64,000 nucleotides of DNA from Candidatus Versatilivorator sp. GTDB lineage: Bacteria > Acidobacteriota > Terriglobia > Versatilivoradales > Versatilivoraceae. The notes under the pieces are model-generated. The model ran no database searches and was not told the origin of the DNA. It was given only the letters and a program-made list of their open reading frames with translations. Location of the stretch: contig OZ242296.1 in the NCBI GenBank assembly GCA_965207735.1, forward strand, positions 960,001 to 1,024,000, given 5' to 3'. Both the position numbers and the translations under genes were made by a program. Of the stretch, positions 10,274-22,449 are shown in pieces. Position 1 is the first letter of the stretch, and each line of letters opens with the position of its first letter.

Positions 10274-11248
10274 ATGCTCTACCTGACCGAAGCCGACGTC
10301 GAGCAGCTCCTCACCATGCCGATTGCCCTGGAGGCGGTCGAGGAGGCTTTCCACCACCTCGGAACGGGCAAGGCCGAAAACATTCCCAGGCGCCGGCTGC
10401 GCCTCCCCCAGGGTTCTCTGCACTTGATGGCGGCTGCCCTGCCCGACCTGGGCTATATGGGCTACAAGGCCTATACCGTCTTTCGAGGACGGCTCCAGTT
10501 CTACTTCTGGCTTTACGAGACCGAGAGCGGGGCACTGCTCTCCATGCTGGAAGCCAACCTCCTGGGACAAATGCGCACTGGGGCCGCCAGCGGCGTGGCC
10601 ACAGGCTGGATGGCCCGCCGGGACGTGCAAACCGCCGGCATCCTGGGTGCCGGCTGGCAGGCCTGCAGCCAGTTGGAAGCCGTTTGCGCAGTTCGACCCA
10701 TCCGCAGGGTCCTGGCCTACTGCCGCACCGCCGCGCGCCTGGAACGGTTCTGCGGAGCCATGCAGGAGCAGCTGGGGATACCCTGCCTCCCGGCAAGCTC
10801 GGCCGAGGCAGTGGTGGAGCAGTCCAACATCCTGACCACCATCACCAGTTCCTCCAGTCCGGTCTTTGACGGTGACCGCATTCGGCCGGGAACCCACATC
10901 AACGCGGCCGGAGGCAATTCCCTGGCCCGCCGGGAGCTGGACGAGGCCTGCCTGAGGCGTTGCGGTGCCATCGTGGTCGACTCCAGGGATCAGGCCAGGC
11001 TGGAATGCGGTGAATTCCTGCGGCCCATCGAAAGAGGAGTCCTGCACTGGGAACAGATCGGGGAGCTGGGGGAAGTGGTCACCGGAAGACGGGCTCCCAG
11101 AAACAGCCCGGGAGAGATCACTCTGTTCAAATCCCTCGGTCTGGCCGTCGAGGACGTAGCCGTGGCCGCGAGGGTGTACCGGCTGGCCCTGGAGCAGAAC
11201 AAGGGTCGAGTCGTGCCGATTGTCAATCATCCGCGGGCAACGGTATAA
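10274..11248 (+). CDS. Ornithine cyclodeaminase/mu-crystallin family protein
   Basis: MRTGAASG, ILGAGWQA, GTHINAAG, ITLFKSLGLAVED. Confidence 0.92.
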   Translation: MLYLTEADVEQLLTMPIALEAVEEAFHHLGTGKAENIPRRRLRLPQGSLHLMAAALPDLGYMGYKAYTVFRGRLQFYFWLYETESGALLSMLEANLLGQMRTGAASGVATGWMARRDVQTAGILGAGWQACSQLEAVCAVRPIRRVLAYCRTAARLERFCGAMQEQLGIPCLPASSAEAVVEQSNILTTITSSSSPVFDGDRIRPGTHINAAGGNSLARRELDEACLRRCGAIVVDSRDQARLECGEFLRPIERGVLHWEQIGELGEVVTGRRAPRNSPGEITLFKSLGLAVEDVAVAARVYRLALEQNKGRVVPIVNHPRATV

Positions 11249-11312
11249 TGGGCGCCACCTGCCAGGCCAACAGGCGAGTTTACGCACCTCCGGGAGCCAA
11301 AAGGAGAACGCT

Positions 11313-11792
11313 ATGAAGATGCTTTTGCCGGGAGCCTTGATGCTCATTCTAACCGCGCCGACCCTCCACGCTCAGGTAAACCCCCGAGGAGAGACGACCC
11401 TGGAACTCAGCGGCGGCAACGTCACCGTCGAATACGGACGCCCCTCGCTCAAGGGACGGGACATCAAGACGATGATATATCCCGGCGAGACGTGGCGCCT
11501 GGGGGCGGACGGCGACACCACCCTGACCACCGAGGTGGGACTGAAGTTCGGCGATAGTTCCCTGGCCCGGGGGACCTATATTCTGCGAGCCAAGTTCCTC
11601 GAAGAGGGGAAATGGCACTTGCAGATCAGTGGCACCGACTATTCCAAAGTGGCCGAGGTCCCCATGAAGCTTGAGGAGACCTCCTCCGAGGTGGACCGCC
11701 TGAGCCTTCGGCTCGAAGGCGAGCAGAAGGCGGGCACATTCAAGGTGATGTGGGGTAAATTGAGTCTCAGCACGGAATTTACCGCACCTTGA
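11313..11792 (+). CDS. Secreted DUF2911-like protein
   Basis: AAGGAG RBS; signal peptide; VEYGRPSLKGR...WRLGAD motif. Confidence 0.8.
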   Translation: MKMLLPGALMLILTAPTLHAQVNPRGETTLELSGGNVTVEYGRPSLKGRDIKTMIYPGETWRLGADGDTTLTTEVGLKFGDSSLARGTYILRAKFLEEGKWHLQISGTDYSKVAEVPMKLEETSSEVDRLSLRLEGEQKAGTFKVMWGKLSLSTEFTAP

Positions 11793-11958
11793 GCAGCGAC
11801 GCCGATGGTAACGGGACGGCCCTGGCCCTGTCCTGACCGGTGCCGCCGCCCGGAGTGCAACTTCCCCCTGTCCGCGTTGAACCGCCGTACAGCCCTTCGG
11901 GGACCGGGGTCGCTACCCCTCCGGCGGTGAGTGTCCGGAGCGACCCTTTCTTTCACAA

Positions 11959-13353
11959 ATGGCCAACATGGCATCTTCTGCCCAGAACTGGCTCGAGCCA
12001 ACCTTCCTGCTGAGCCAGCGTCGCTCCACCCTGGCGGTGGAAGCTCGGGCCGGCCTATCCACCTTCCTGGTGATGGCCTACATCATCTTCGTCAATCCCA
12101 CGATTCTGGGCGGCATCCCCGACTCGACCGGGGCCACGCTGCCGTCGGGCGCCGTCTTGACCCTCACCTGCCTTGCCGCGGGGGTGCTTTCCATACTCAT
12201 GGGCCTGCTCAGCAACTACCCTTTTGCCCTGGCTCCCGGAATGGGCTTGAACGCCGTGGTGTCCCTCCACCTGGTCGGCCAGTTGCAACTCACCTGGGTC
12301 CAGGCCATGACGGTGGTCTTCCTCCAGGGTCTGATCATTCTGGTTCTGGTGCTGACCCGGTTTCGGGAAGCCATGATGGACGCCATCCCCATCTCGCTCA
12401 AGAAATCCATAGGAGCAGGTATCGGGTTGTTTCTGGCGGTCATCGGTTTCAGCAACGCTGGCTTGATCTCCCGGGGAGAGGGGGCCACGTTCTCACTGGG
12501 CAATCCGGACACCTTGGGCGTGGTGACCTTCCTGTTCGGTTTCTTTCTGACCCTATGGCTGATTTCCCGCAGGGTGCAGGCGGCCCTGCTTGGGGGGATC
12601 CTGTCCGCCACCCTGGTGGCCATCCTGCTGAACGCCGGGTTCGGCAACCAACAGGCCTTTGGCGGGGCCGCCACATTGCCCTCCAGCCTGGTCGGACTTC
12701 CTCAGGGACTGACGGGCACCGAGGCGATCTTCGGCCGCTTGGACTGGGGCTTTTTCCCTCGGCTGGGGCTGTTGGCGGCGGCCCTGGCGGTCTTTTCCCT
12801 GATGCTTACCGATTTCTTCGACACCATGGGTACCGTGGTGGGCCTGGGGGAAGAGGCGGGGTTCCTCGAACAGGACGGCAAACTCCCGGGGATCCACCGG
12901 GTGTTGCTGGTAGATTCGCTGGGCGCCGTATTTGGCGGGCTGTCCAATTGCAGCAGCAATACCACCTATATCGAAAGCGCCGCCGGGATCGCCCAAGGAG
13001 GGCGCACCGGCTTGACCTCGGTGGTGGTGGGACTGCTGTTTCTGTCCGGCATGTTTTTCAGCCCCTTGGCGGGAATTATTCCCAAGCAGGCCACGGCCGC
13101 CTCTCTGATCTTGGTGGGATTTCTGATGATGGGCGTTCTGCAGGATATCTCCTGGCGCCGTATTGGCGAAGGCGTTCCCGCCTTCCTCACCCTGCTCCTC
13201 ATGCCATTCACCTTCTCCATCAGCAATGGCATCGGGGCCGGAATCATCAGCTATACCTTTCTGAAGCTGGCGGCCGGCAAGCGCCGGGAACTCCACGGGC
13301 TGATGGTGGCGGCTGCCGTTGCCTTTGCGCTTTACTTCGTCCTGTCAGCCTGA
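11959..13353 (+). CDS. NCS2/AzgA family purine permease
   Basis: TFLVMAYIIFVNP, LAPGMGLNA, DFFDTMGT, YIESAAG...GGRTGL, PFTFSISNGI. Confidence 0.93.
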   Translation: MANMASSAQNWLEPTFLLSQRRSTLAVEARAGLSTFLVMAYIIFVNPTILGGIPDSTGATLPSGAVLTLTCLAAGVLSILMGLLSNYPFALAPGMGLNAVVSLHLVGQLQLTWVQAMTVVFLQGLIILVLVLTRFREAMMDAIPISLKKSIGAGIGLFLAVIGFSNAGLISRGEGATFSLGNPDTLGVVTFLFGFFLTLWLISRRVQAALLGGILSATLVAILLNAGFGNQQAFGGAATLPSSLVGLPQGLTGTEAIFGRLDWGFFPRLGLLAAALAVFSLMLTDFFDTMGTVVGLGEEAGFLEQDGKLPGIHRVLLVDSLGAVFGGLSNCSSNTTYIESAAGIAQGGRTGLTSVVVGLLFLSGMFFSPLAGIIPKQATAASLILVGFLMMGVLQDISWRRIGEGVPAFLTLLLMPFTFSISNGIGAGIISYTFLKLAAGKRRELHGLMVAAAVAFALYFVLSA

Positions 13354-13378
13354 CTTGAACTTGAAAAATCAACGACGC

Positions 13379-14452
13379 ATGAAGCCACTGCTCATACTGG
13401 TCCTGCTGGGGCTGGCACTGCCCGCAACCGGCGCGCCGGTTGAATTGGAAACGCTCATGGAGAAGCTGGCTCGGGAGACCGGCTGCGCGCCCTTGGGTCC
13501 ATTGGCCCGACACGCCTTGGACGATCCGGGCGTATTCGAACCCGGGGAAGCTCAAGTCCTGGCGGAGTACGGATTCAACGACCTCAGCCGCCAGCAGTTC
13601 CGCTGCCGCGGTCGTTCCCTTCAGATCGAGATCTATCGCATGTTGGACGCCCCGGCCGCCTATGGGGTCTTTACCCTTTACCGGAAGTCCCATTCCCGGG
13701 TTCCGGAGGGTTTCCCCCGGTTGGTCGAAGAAAGCGAGCACTGGACGGCATTCGCTCAAAGCCGGTTCTACGTCAGGATCCGGCGCCCTGCCCTGCCCGC
13801 CGGGCGTGCCGCGGCCCTGGAGGCCGCCCGCTTCCTGGCCCAGGCCCTGCCTGCCGATTGGGCGCTTCCCTCGCTTGTGGACTATCTGCCCAGACAACAC
13901 CTGGTTCCCGGCAGCGAGGTGTTCTTCATGGGGCATCGAGCCTTGGGCCTCAGGCTCCCGCTGGGGCAGGAGGACCTCTTCGGGCTGGCCCACGGCGCGG
14001 AAGTCCTGATGGCGGACTACCTGCCGCGCAACGGTTCGGCCAGGCTCCTGCTGATGATCTACCCCACCCAGCAACTGGCCGGCAAGCATCTCCAAAGCGG
14101 CTACCGGCGGATGATGCAGCAACACCCCGACTGGCAGGTCTTCTACAAGCGGGAAGGGCCTCTGGTGGTGATGGTTCTGAACCCGACCGACCCGGAGGTC
14201 GCCTCATCCTTCCTGGACGAAGTCTCCTATGTCTCCTCGGTGAGTTGGGACCCAAAGGCGGAGCCCCTGTCGGTGGGACGCATGATGCTGAGCGTGTTCC
14301 TCTACGTGGGAGCGGTGATCGGGATCACGATGGTGGTGGGGCTGGGGTTCGGACTGCTGAGGTTGCTGATCAGTTGGTTCTTTCCGGGCAAGATCTTCGA
14401 CCGCAAGGAGAGTTACGAGGTCATTCGTCTTAAATTGCCGCCACCGCGATAA
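13379..14452 (+). CDS. Exported hypothetical protein with C-terminal TM anchor
   Basis: Signal peptide MKPLLILVLLGLALPA; IEIYRM...AAYGVFT; C-terminal hydrophobic helix. Confidence 0.7.
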   Translation: MKPLLILVLLGLALPATGAPVELETLMEKLARETGCAPLGPLARHALDDPGVFEPGEAQVLAEYGFNDLSRQQFRCRGRSLQIEIYRMLDAPAAYGVFTLYRKSHSRVPEGFPRLVEESEHWTAFAQSRFYVRIRRPALPAGRAAALEAARFLAQALPADWALPSLVDYLPRQHLVPGSEVFFMGHRALGLRLPLGQEDLFGLAHGAEVLMADYLPRNGSARLLLMIYPTQQLAGKHLQSGYRRMMQQHPDWQVFYKREGPLVVMVLNPTDPEVASSFLDEVSYVSSVSWDPKAEPLSVGRMMLSVFLYVGAVIGITMVVGLGFGLLRLLISWFFPGKIFDRKESYEVIRLKLPPPR

Positions 14453-14494
14453 GGCAGGGATAGTCGCCGTCAACGGCGGAAGTTGGACGGCGGA

Positions 14495-16771
<2,277 letters not shown>

Positions 16772-17041
16772 AGGCGACTACCTCTCTGGAAGTGATTGGT
16801 GGAGAGTGGTTAATGGATAGTTTCGGGAACAAGCCGGCACCTCGCTGCGTTGTGAAGCTCGTATCGGGAATGGATCCTCCGGCAGAAATCAATCAACGCG
16901 GTGAGAGAAGAACGGTTGGCGGATAGCCGCTATCCACCAGGAAACTCTTGGGCAAAACAGGGCGCTTTGTAACATTTTTCACAAAAGACTGTCAAGACTG
17001 GCTGCCCGCTGACATTCCCGTAATGCGGAGAAGCGCCACGA

Positions 17042-18016
17042 TCACTCCTCTGCAGAGTGACCGCCTTGAAATGCCAGGCAGGCGGCTCCGTAGATTCCGG
17101 CCCGACTGCCCAGGCCGGACCTGAGAATCGGCCGCGGGTCCGACTGCTGTACGAAGGAGCGCCGTCTGGCCTCCTCGAACATCGGCCTGTGAAATGCGTC
17201 CCAGGCCTCGATGGCGCCGCCTCCCAGCACCACGGCTTCCAGGTCAAGGATGTGAATGAAGCTGGCGATGCCGATGCCCAGGGCAGCACCCATTTCCTGA
17301 AACACCAGTCCGGCGGATGCATCTCCTTGCCGGGCCAGAGCGTAGACCCGATCAGCGGTGAGCGCTCCCTCCCCTCGGACCAGTCGATCCAGCTCCGGAC
17401 TGGCCCGGCCGGAGTCCGCCAGTTCGGTGGCGCACCGCACCACCGCCGTGGCCGATGCATAGGCTTCCAGGCAACCACGGTTGCCGCAGTTGCACAGGCG
17501 CCCTTCCGGCCAAACATTGATGTGCCCCAACTCGGCCGCCATCCCCCTGGCTCCGTGCCAGACGCGGCCATTCAGGATCAATCCCCCGCCGATGCCGGTC
17601 CCCAGGGTGAGAAAGGCCAGTTGGTTCATATCCCTGGCCACCCCCATCCATTTCTCTCCCAGCGCCGCGGCATTGGCGTCGTTTTCCAGGGTAAAGGCAG
17701 CGTCCATCTCCTGGCGGATCCGGTTGCGAACATTGAAGCCGGACCACCCCGGCAAGTTGGGAGCCGCAATCACCAGGCCCAGGGGGAGCTTCATGATGCC
17801 GGCCACCGCCACGCCAATCCCGGCCAGAGCGCACCGCCCGACCCAGCGGTCCCTCAGTTTCAGGATGGCCCGGCACATGCGAGCCACCACATCTTCCGGG
17901 CCCTTGCGGGCATCCGCCGCCAGTTCCAGGTGCTCCAGCAGGTCGCCGTCTTCCGCTATGACGCCCAGCTTCAGATTGGTCCCGCCCAGGTCGACTCCGA
18001 TGGCGAAGCGCTTCAT
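17042..18016 (-). CDS. ROK family sugar kinase (glucokinase-like)
   Basis: GVDLGGT, ENDANAAA, TLGTGIGGG, ELGH, CNCGNRGCLE; start ATG 18016. Confidence 0.92.
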   Translation of the reverse strand: MKRFAIGVDLGGTNLKLGVIAEDGDLLEHLELAADARKGPEDVVARMCRAILKLRDRWVGRCALAGIGVAVAGIMKLPLGLVIAAPNLPGWSGFNVRNRIRQEMDAAFTLENDANAAALGEKWMGVARDMNQLAFLTLGTGIGGGLILNGRVWHGARGMAAELGHINVWPEGRLCNCGNRGCLEAYASATAVVRCATELADSGRASPELDRLVRGEGALTADRVYALARQGDASAGLVFQEMGAALGIGIASFIHILDLEAVVLGGGAIEAWDAFHRPMFEEARRRSFVQQSDPRPILRSGLGSRAGIYGAACLAFQGGHSAEE

Positions 18017-18017
18017 G

Positions 18018-19583
18018 CTATCCGCCCGACAATGCGCCGTATTCAGGCTGAACAGACACGGTGGCGCCGGATTCCCCGGCGTCCTTCCCCGTCGCTGGCT
18101 GGACGCCCATCGCCAGAGCCATGATTTTTTCCTGATCGGCCTCGTCCCGAGACATCTCTCCGGTAATGCGGCCGGCATGCATCACCAGAATGCGGTCGCA
18201 CAGTCGGAGGACCTCGGGAAGCTCGGAGGAAATCATGAGGATGGCGATTCCCTGACTGACCAGCCGAAGCATCAATCGGTAGATCTCCTCCTTGGCGCCG
18301 ACGTCGATGCCACGAGTAGGTTCGTCGAAAATCAAGATGCGGCTTTGCGTAAAGAGCCACTTGCTCAATACCACCTTCTGTTGGGTCCCGCCGCTCAGGT
18401 TGCGAACCCTTTCCTCGGTCGAGGGGGTCTTGATGGCCAGTTGCCTGATAAAGTCCTGGACGCTTTCCCTTTCCCTGACCGAGTCGACCACTCCCCACCG
18501 GATCAGCTTGCCCAACCTCGACAAGGTGGTGTTCTCCCGCACTCGCATGCCCAACACCAGCCCCTGAGACTTGCGGTCCTCGGTCAAGAGGCCGATCCCG
18601 AGGTCGATGGCCTGGCGAGGCGAAAGCGGCCGGATCTGCTTACCCTCCAGGAACATCCTCCCCCGATCGGGTGCTTCGACTCCGAACAGGATCCTGGCCA
18701 ACTCGGTCCGCCCGGCTCCTACCAGCCCGGTCAGTCCCACGATCTCGCCCCGGAAAAGCCTGAGGTCGATGTCCTCCAGTTTTCCAGCCTGCCCGATTCC
18801 CTCCACTCGGAGCACTTCGGCACCCGGATTGGCAGAGGTCCGCCGGACCGACGCCTTGAGCTCCCGGCCCACCATCAGGCGGATCACTTCCTCCCGGTCC
18901 AGGTCCGAGGTCGGCCGGGTGGCAATGGTGCGGCCGTCCCTCATCACGGTGGTTCGATCGCACACATTGAAAATCTCTTCCAGCCGGTGCGAGATATAGA
19001 TTACAGACACCCCTTGCTCCTTGAGGCGACCGATCAGGCCGAAAAGCTCCGCCAGTTCGCGTTCGGTAAGGATGGCGGAAGGCTCGTCCATTATGATGAG
19101 GCGGGAACTCACCGACAGCGCCTTGGCGATCTCCACCATCTGCTGTTGGGCCAGGCTGAGGTTCTTCACCAGCACGCGACCGCTCATTTCCTGACCGAAG
19201 CTGGCCAGCAACTCCTCCGAGCGCCGTTCCATCGCCTCGCGGTCCAGCCATCCCAGGGGTCCCTGCACCAGTTCATGTCCCAGGAAGATGTTTTCAGCCA
19301 CCGTCATCCCCTGAAGCAGGTTCAGCTCCTGGTGGATCATGGTGATTCCCAGATTCCTGGCCACGATGGGCGAGTCCACCCGATGGAAATGCCCACCCAA
19401 CCGGATCTTGCCGGCGTCGGGCTGGTAGGCGCCCGACAGAATCTTCATCAAGGTCGACTTCCCGGCGCCGTTCTCCCCCACCAGCGCATGGCATTCCCCG
19501 GCCTCCACGTCGAGGTTGGCCCTGTCAAGAGCCAGCACTCCCGGGAACTGCTTGGTGATGGCCTGCATCTCAAGCAACGGCAT
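18018..19583 (-). CDS. Sugar ABC transporter ATP-binding protein (RbsA-like, two ABC domains)
   Basis: GENGAGKST, IMDEPS, GLVGAGRTE, LSGGTQQKV, DEPTRGIDVGAK. Confidence 0.93.
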   Translation of the reverse strand: MPLLEMQAITKQFPGVLALDRANLDVEAGECHALVGENGAGKSTLMKILSGAYQPDAGKIRLGGHFHRVDSPIVARNLGITMIHQELNLLQGMTVAENIFLGHELVQGPLGWLDREAMERRSEELLASFGQEMSGRVLVKNLSLAQQQMVEIAKALSVSSRLIIMDEPSAILTERELAELFGLIGRLKEQGVSVIYISHRLEEIFNVCDRTTVMRDGRTIATRPTSDLDREEVIRLMVGRELKASVRRTSANPGAEVLRVEGIGQAGKLEDIDLRLFRGEIVGLTGLVGAGRTELARILFGVEAPDRGRMFLEGKQIRPLSPRQAIDLGIGLLTEDRKSQGLVLGMRVRENTTLSRLGKLIRWGVVDSVRERESVQDFIRQLAIKTPSTEERVRNLSGGTQQKVVLSKWLFTQSRILIFDEPTRGIDVGAKEEIYRLMLRLVSQGIAILMISSELPEVLRLCDRILVMHAGRITGEMSRDEADQEKIMALAMGVQPATGKDAGESGATVSVQPEYGALSGG

Positions 19584-19595
19584 GGGTTGCTCCCA

Positions 19596-20510
19596 CTACA
19601 CCAACTCCCAGGCCTCACGAAGGGTTCGTTTGGCGTTGGCCAGCACGATCCGGCTGCTCTCGCCGGCCATGGGCTTGACCTCAAAGCTCAGGATGCGTGG
19701 TTGATTTTCCTTGAGATATCCGATTTCAATCAGGGTTCTGATGTACTCCACCACCTCGGCCACATCGTTTTCTCCACCCGCAACGCCAAACCTCGGGTGC
19801 TGGTCGCCATAGGCCGGATGAGTGGTGTCCCGCACGACGCAATTTCCCATGTGGGCGTGGACCAGGTGATCCTTGGCTACGTGGAGTGCCTGCCGGGTGG
19901 TTTCTCTCTGCAAGGGCAGATGGCTCAAATCCAGCATGAGGCCAAAATTGTCGTGATTTTGCCGCACGCGTTCCGAAAAGCTCACCGCCTCGGCGTTGGG
20001 ACCGATGAGGGCCTTCTTGTCTATGTCGAAATCGAATGTCTCCACAACCACCTTGAGGTCACCCCTGGAGGCGGCATGGGAGCAGATTCTGTCGAAGGAA
20101 TCCACCAGCAGGTCGGTGGCCAATTGCCGCTTCTCCTCGCCCGGATGGGGTCCGCTCAGAAAGGCAACCCCACGGCAACCCATCTCCACGGCCTCATCCA
20201 CGCAGGAGAGGCAGCGGTCAATCGCGGCCTGGCGCGTTTCGACATCCAGGCTGTTGAGATCGAGCTTGTTGACCAACTCTACCGGCTGGCTCCCGTAGGT
20301 GACCACGATCTTGCTGGATTCCAACATCTCCCGCGCCGTTTTGCGAACCTCGGGATCCCGGATGGTCGTGATCTCAATGACGTCGAAGAAATCGTCGGTC
20401 AAGACCGACTCCAGGGTCTCCAGCACCGGACCCTCCCCCGTGAGCACCTCGGGGAAAGCCATGAAATGAACCAATCCGACCTGCATGTATTTTTTCCAGG
20501 AAACATCCAT
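19596..20510 (-). CDS. Sugar phosphate isomerase/epimerase (xylose isomerase-like TIM barrel)
   Basis: Metal-ligand pattern VVETFD, LDLSH, HAHMGN, SFEVKP; sugar operon context. Confidence 0.75.
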   Translation of the reverse strand: MDVSWKKYMQVGLVHFMAFPEVLTGEGPVLETLESVLTDDFFDVIEITTIRDPEVRKTAREMLESSKIVVTYGSQPVELVNKLDLNSLDVETRQAAIDRCLSCVDEAVEMGCRGVAFLSGPHPGEEKRQLATDLLVDSFDRICSHAASRGDLKVVVETFDFDIDKKALIGPNAEAVSFSERVRQNHDNFGLMLDLSHLPLQRETTRQALHVAKDHLVHAHMGNCVVRDTTHPAYGDQHPRFGVAGGENDVAEVVEYIRTLIEIGYLKENQPRILSFEVKPMAGESSRIVLANAKRTLREAWELV

Positions 20511-20984
20511 CGGGGCCTCCTAGGGCTTGAAGAAATTTCGCATGTCGCTGCTTGCCCACGACGCCATCGGCGGCGCCCCCAATCATACACAAATCGAAAC
20601 CCGTTTCAACCGGAGCCGCCGGGGAGCATTGCGTCCCGCTCCAAAGCCAAGAATCCAGGTTGCCCCCTGCGATCCTGGCCATTGCACCAAAGCCTCGACA
20701 ACACCACCCGTAGTCTTCATGGGATCTGCGAACCCTTTACGAATTCTAAGCGCGCATCTGGCGGAAAAGCAGGCCCGTATTTGGCCTGCGCCGCCTTTTC
20801 TCGACGACCGGCACAACCGCATACCTCAGAATGCGAGTGTCGAGGAACGCGATCGCCGGATGTGGTAAAACTTTCCGGCGTCGAGGAAACGGATCTGTCG
20901 TACAATAGCCGCTGATCCTCAAGGATAGGCAGGCTCTGCCGTTTCCGCCGCGAGGGGCTGCTTCTTCCGGTCCAGCACGTTGCC

Positions 20985-22382
20985 ATGAATTCAACAGCCC
21001 TTGGCTGCCTGACCGCATTGCTGATTGCGGCACTGCCAGCCGCCGGCCAGCACCGTTCCGAGGCGACCGACCCGCCCAACATTCTTCTGGTTACCATCGA
21101 TACCCTGCGGGCCGATCATCTTTCCTGTTACGGCTACCACCGCAAGACCAGTCCCAACATCGACGCTCTGGCTGCCGAGGGGGTTCGCTTCGAGCACGCC
21201 TACTGCACGATCCCTCTGACCGGTCCTTCCCACGTTTCGCTCTTCTCCAGCCGATATCCGCAAGAGCACGGGGTTCGCATCAACGGCGTCCCCATCCCCG
21301 AGGACTCCAAGTGGCTTTACCTGCCCCAAATCCTGCGCCGCTTCGGCTATTTCAACGCGGCCTTCGTCAGCGCCTGGCCGCTGGCTGCTCACTTGACCGG
21401 CTTTTCCCATTGGTTCCAGATCTACGATCAGGACATGAAGCGGAGCTATCAGTTCCTGAGCTCCAGCCGCTTTGCGGAAGATGTTACGCCTCGAGCCATT
21501 GCCTGGCTTAAGGATCAGCGGGTGGAGCCCTTCTTTCTTTGGGTGCATTACTTCGATCCGCACGCCCCCTACCATCTGAGAAAGGATTTCGCCGACCCGG
21601 CGACCAATGGGCATGCAGCCATAACCGGTCCCGAGGTCAGCGGCGCCATGAGGGATCGCATTCGCCGCTATGACTCGGAAATCAGCTATGTCGACCACCA
21701 CCTGGGTTTGCTGCTGAGGGCCCTGGACAAACTGGGGGTCAGCGACTCCACGCTGCTGGTTCTGACAGCCGACCATGGAGAGAGCCTGGGAGAGCACGAT
21801 TACGTCGGCCACGGACGCCACCTCTACGACTCCATCCTGAGAGTCCCTCTGATTGTGCGGTACCCCGGCCGGATCGAACCCGGAAAAGTCATCGACTCCC
21901 CGGTCAGCCTGCTGGATGTGACGCCCACGATTCTGGAGCTCTCGGGACTCTCCCAACGCCAGCCCCCCATTCCCGCCAACTTCGTGGGAAGAAGCCTGGC
22001 AGGAGCCATTCAAAACGGAAATTCCCTGCAGGACCATCCCGTGCGGTTCCTGACTTTTGCCGGCAAGAAAGGCTGGACCCCCTCCTGGCTCTCCTTTTCC
22101 TGGGCCTGGCTGCGTTACCCCAAGCTGCCGCTCCGCCTGGGTTGGCTGAATGGCCCGACCAAGTCCGTTTGGACCCCCCGGGAGAAATCCCTCCTCATTT
22201 TCGATCTGGCCAGCGATGTCCATGAGTTGGATCCTTTGTCGATCAGTTCCGAGAACGACCGCTTCGCTGAGGAGACGACTCCTCTGGAGCTTTGGTTCAA
22301 GGCCACGGACTTGACCGAGGCGGACATGAAACGCGCCAAGCGGGACGAAGAAATCCTGAAGAGCCTGGGGTACACGCAATAG
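20985..22382 (+). CDS. Sulfatase-family (alkaline phosphatase superfamily) secreted hydrolase
   Basis: PNILLVTIDTLRADH, PLTGPSH, FFLWVHYFDPHAPY, TADHGE, LKSLGY. Confidence 0.88.
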   Translation: MNSTALGCLTALLIAALPAAGQHRSEATDPPNILLVTIDTLRADHLSCYGYHRKTSPNIDALAAEGVRFEHAYCTIPLTGPSHVSLFSSRYPQEHGVRINGVPIPEDSKWLYLPQILRRFGYFNAAFVSAWPLAAHLTGFSHWFQIYDQDMKRSYQFLSSSRFAEDVTPRAIAWLKDQRVEPFFLWVHYFDPHAPYHLRKDFADPATNGHAAITGPEVSGAMRDRIRRYDSEISYVDHHLGLLLRALDKLGVSDSTLLVLTADHGESLGEHDYVGHGRHLYDSILRVPLIVRYPGRIEPGKVIDSPVSLLDVTPTILELSGLSQRQPPIPANFVGRSLAGAIQNGNSLQDHPVRFLTFAGKKGWTPSWLSFSWAWLRYPKLPLRLGWLNGPTKSVWTPREKSLLIFDLASDVHELDPLSISSENDRFAEETTPLELWFKATDLTEADMKRAKRDEEILKSLGYTQ

Positions 22383-22449
22383 AGTTTCTCCCTGCCAAGC
22401 TGAGCCCCCGTCTCTCAGCGGGTAGCTGGCGCCTCCGGATGGATGCGGC

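Noticed and set aside
11793-11958. Purine riboswitch upstream of the NCS2 permease
   Set aside because: GC-rich hairpins are present, but I could not find the purine riboswitch core; an Rfam scan would be needed.
17481-20915. 1144-aa plus-strand ORF
   Set aside because: Antisense shadow of the ROK, ABC and epimerase genes in GC-rich DNA; no recognisable motifs. The same applies to other long antisense ORFs such as 8019-9647, 15365-16795 and 57799-59454.
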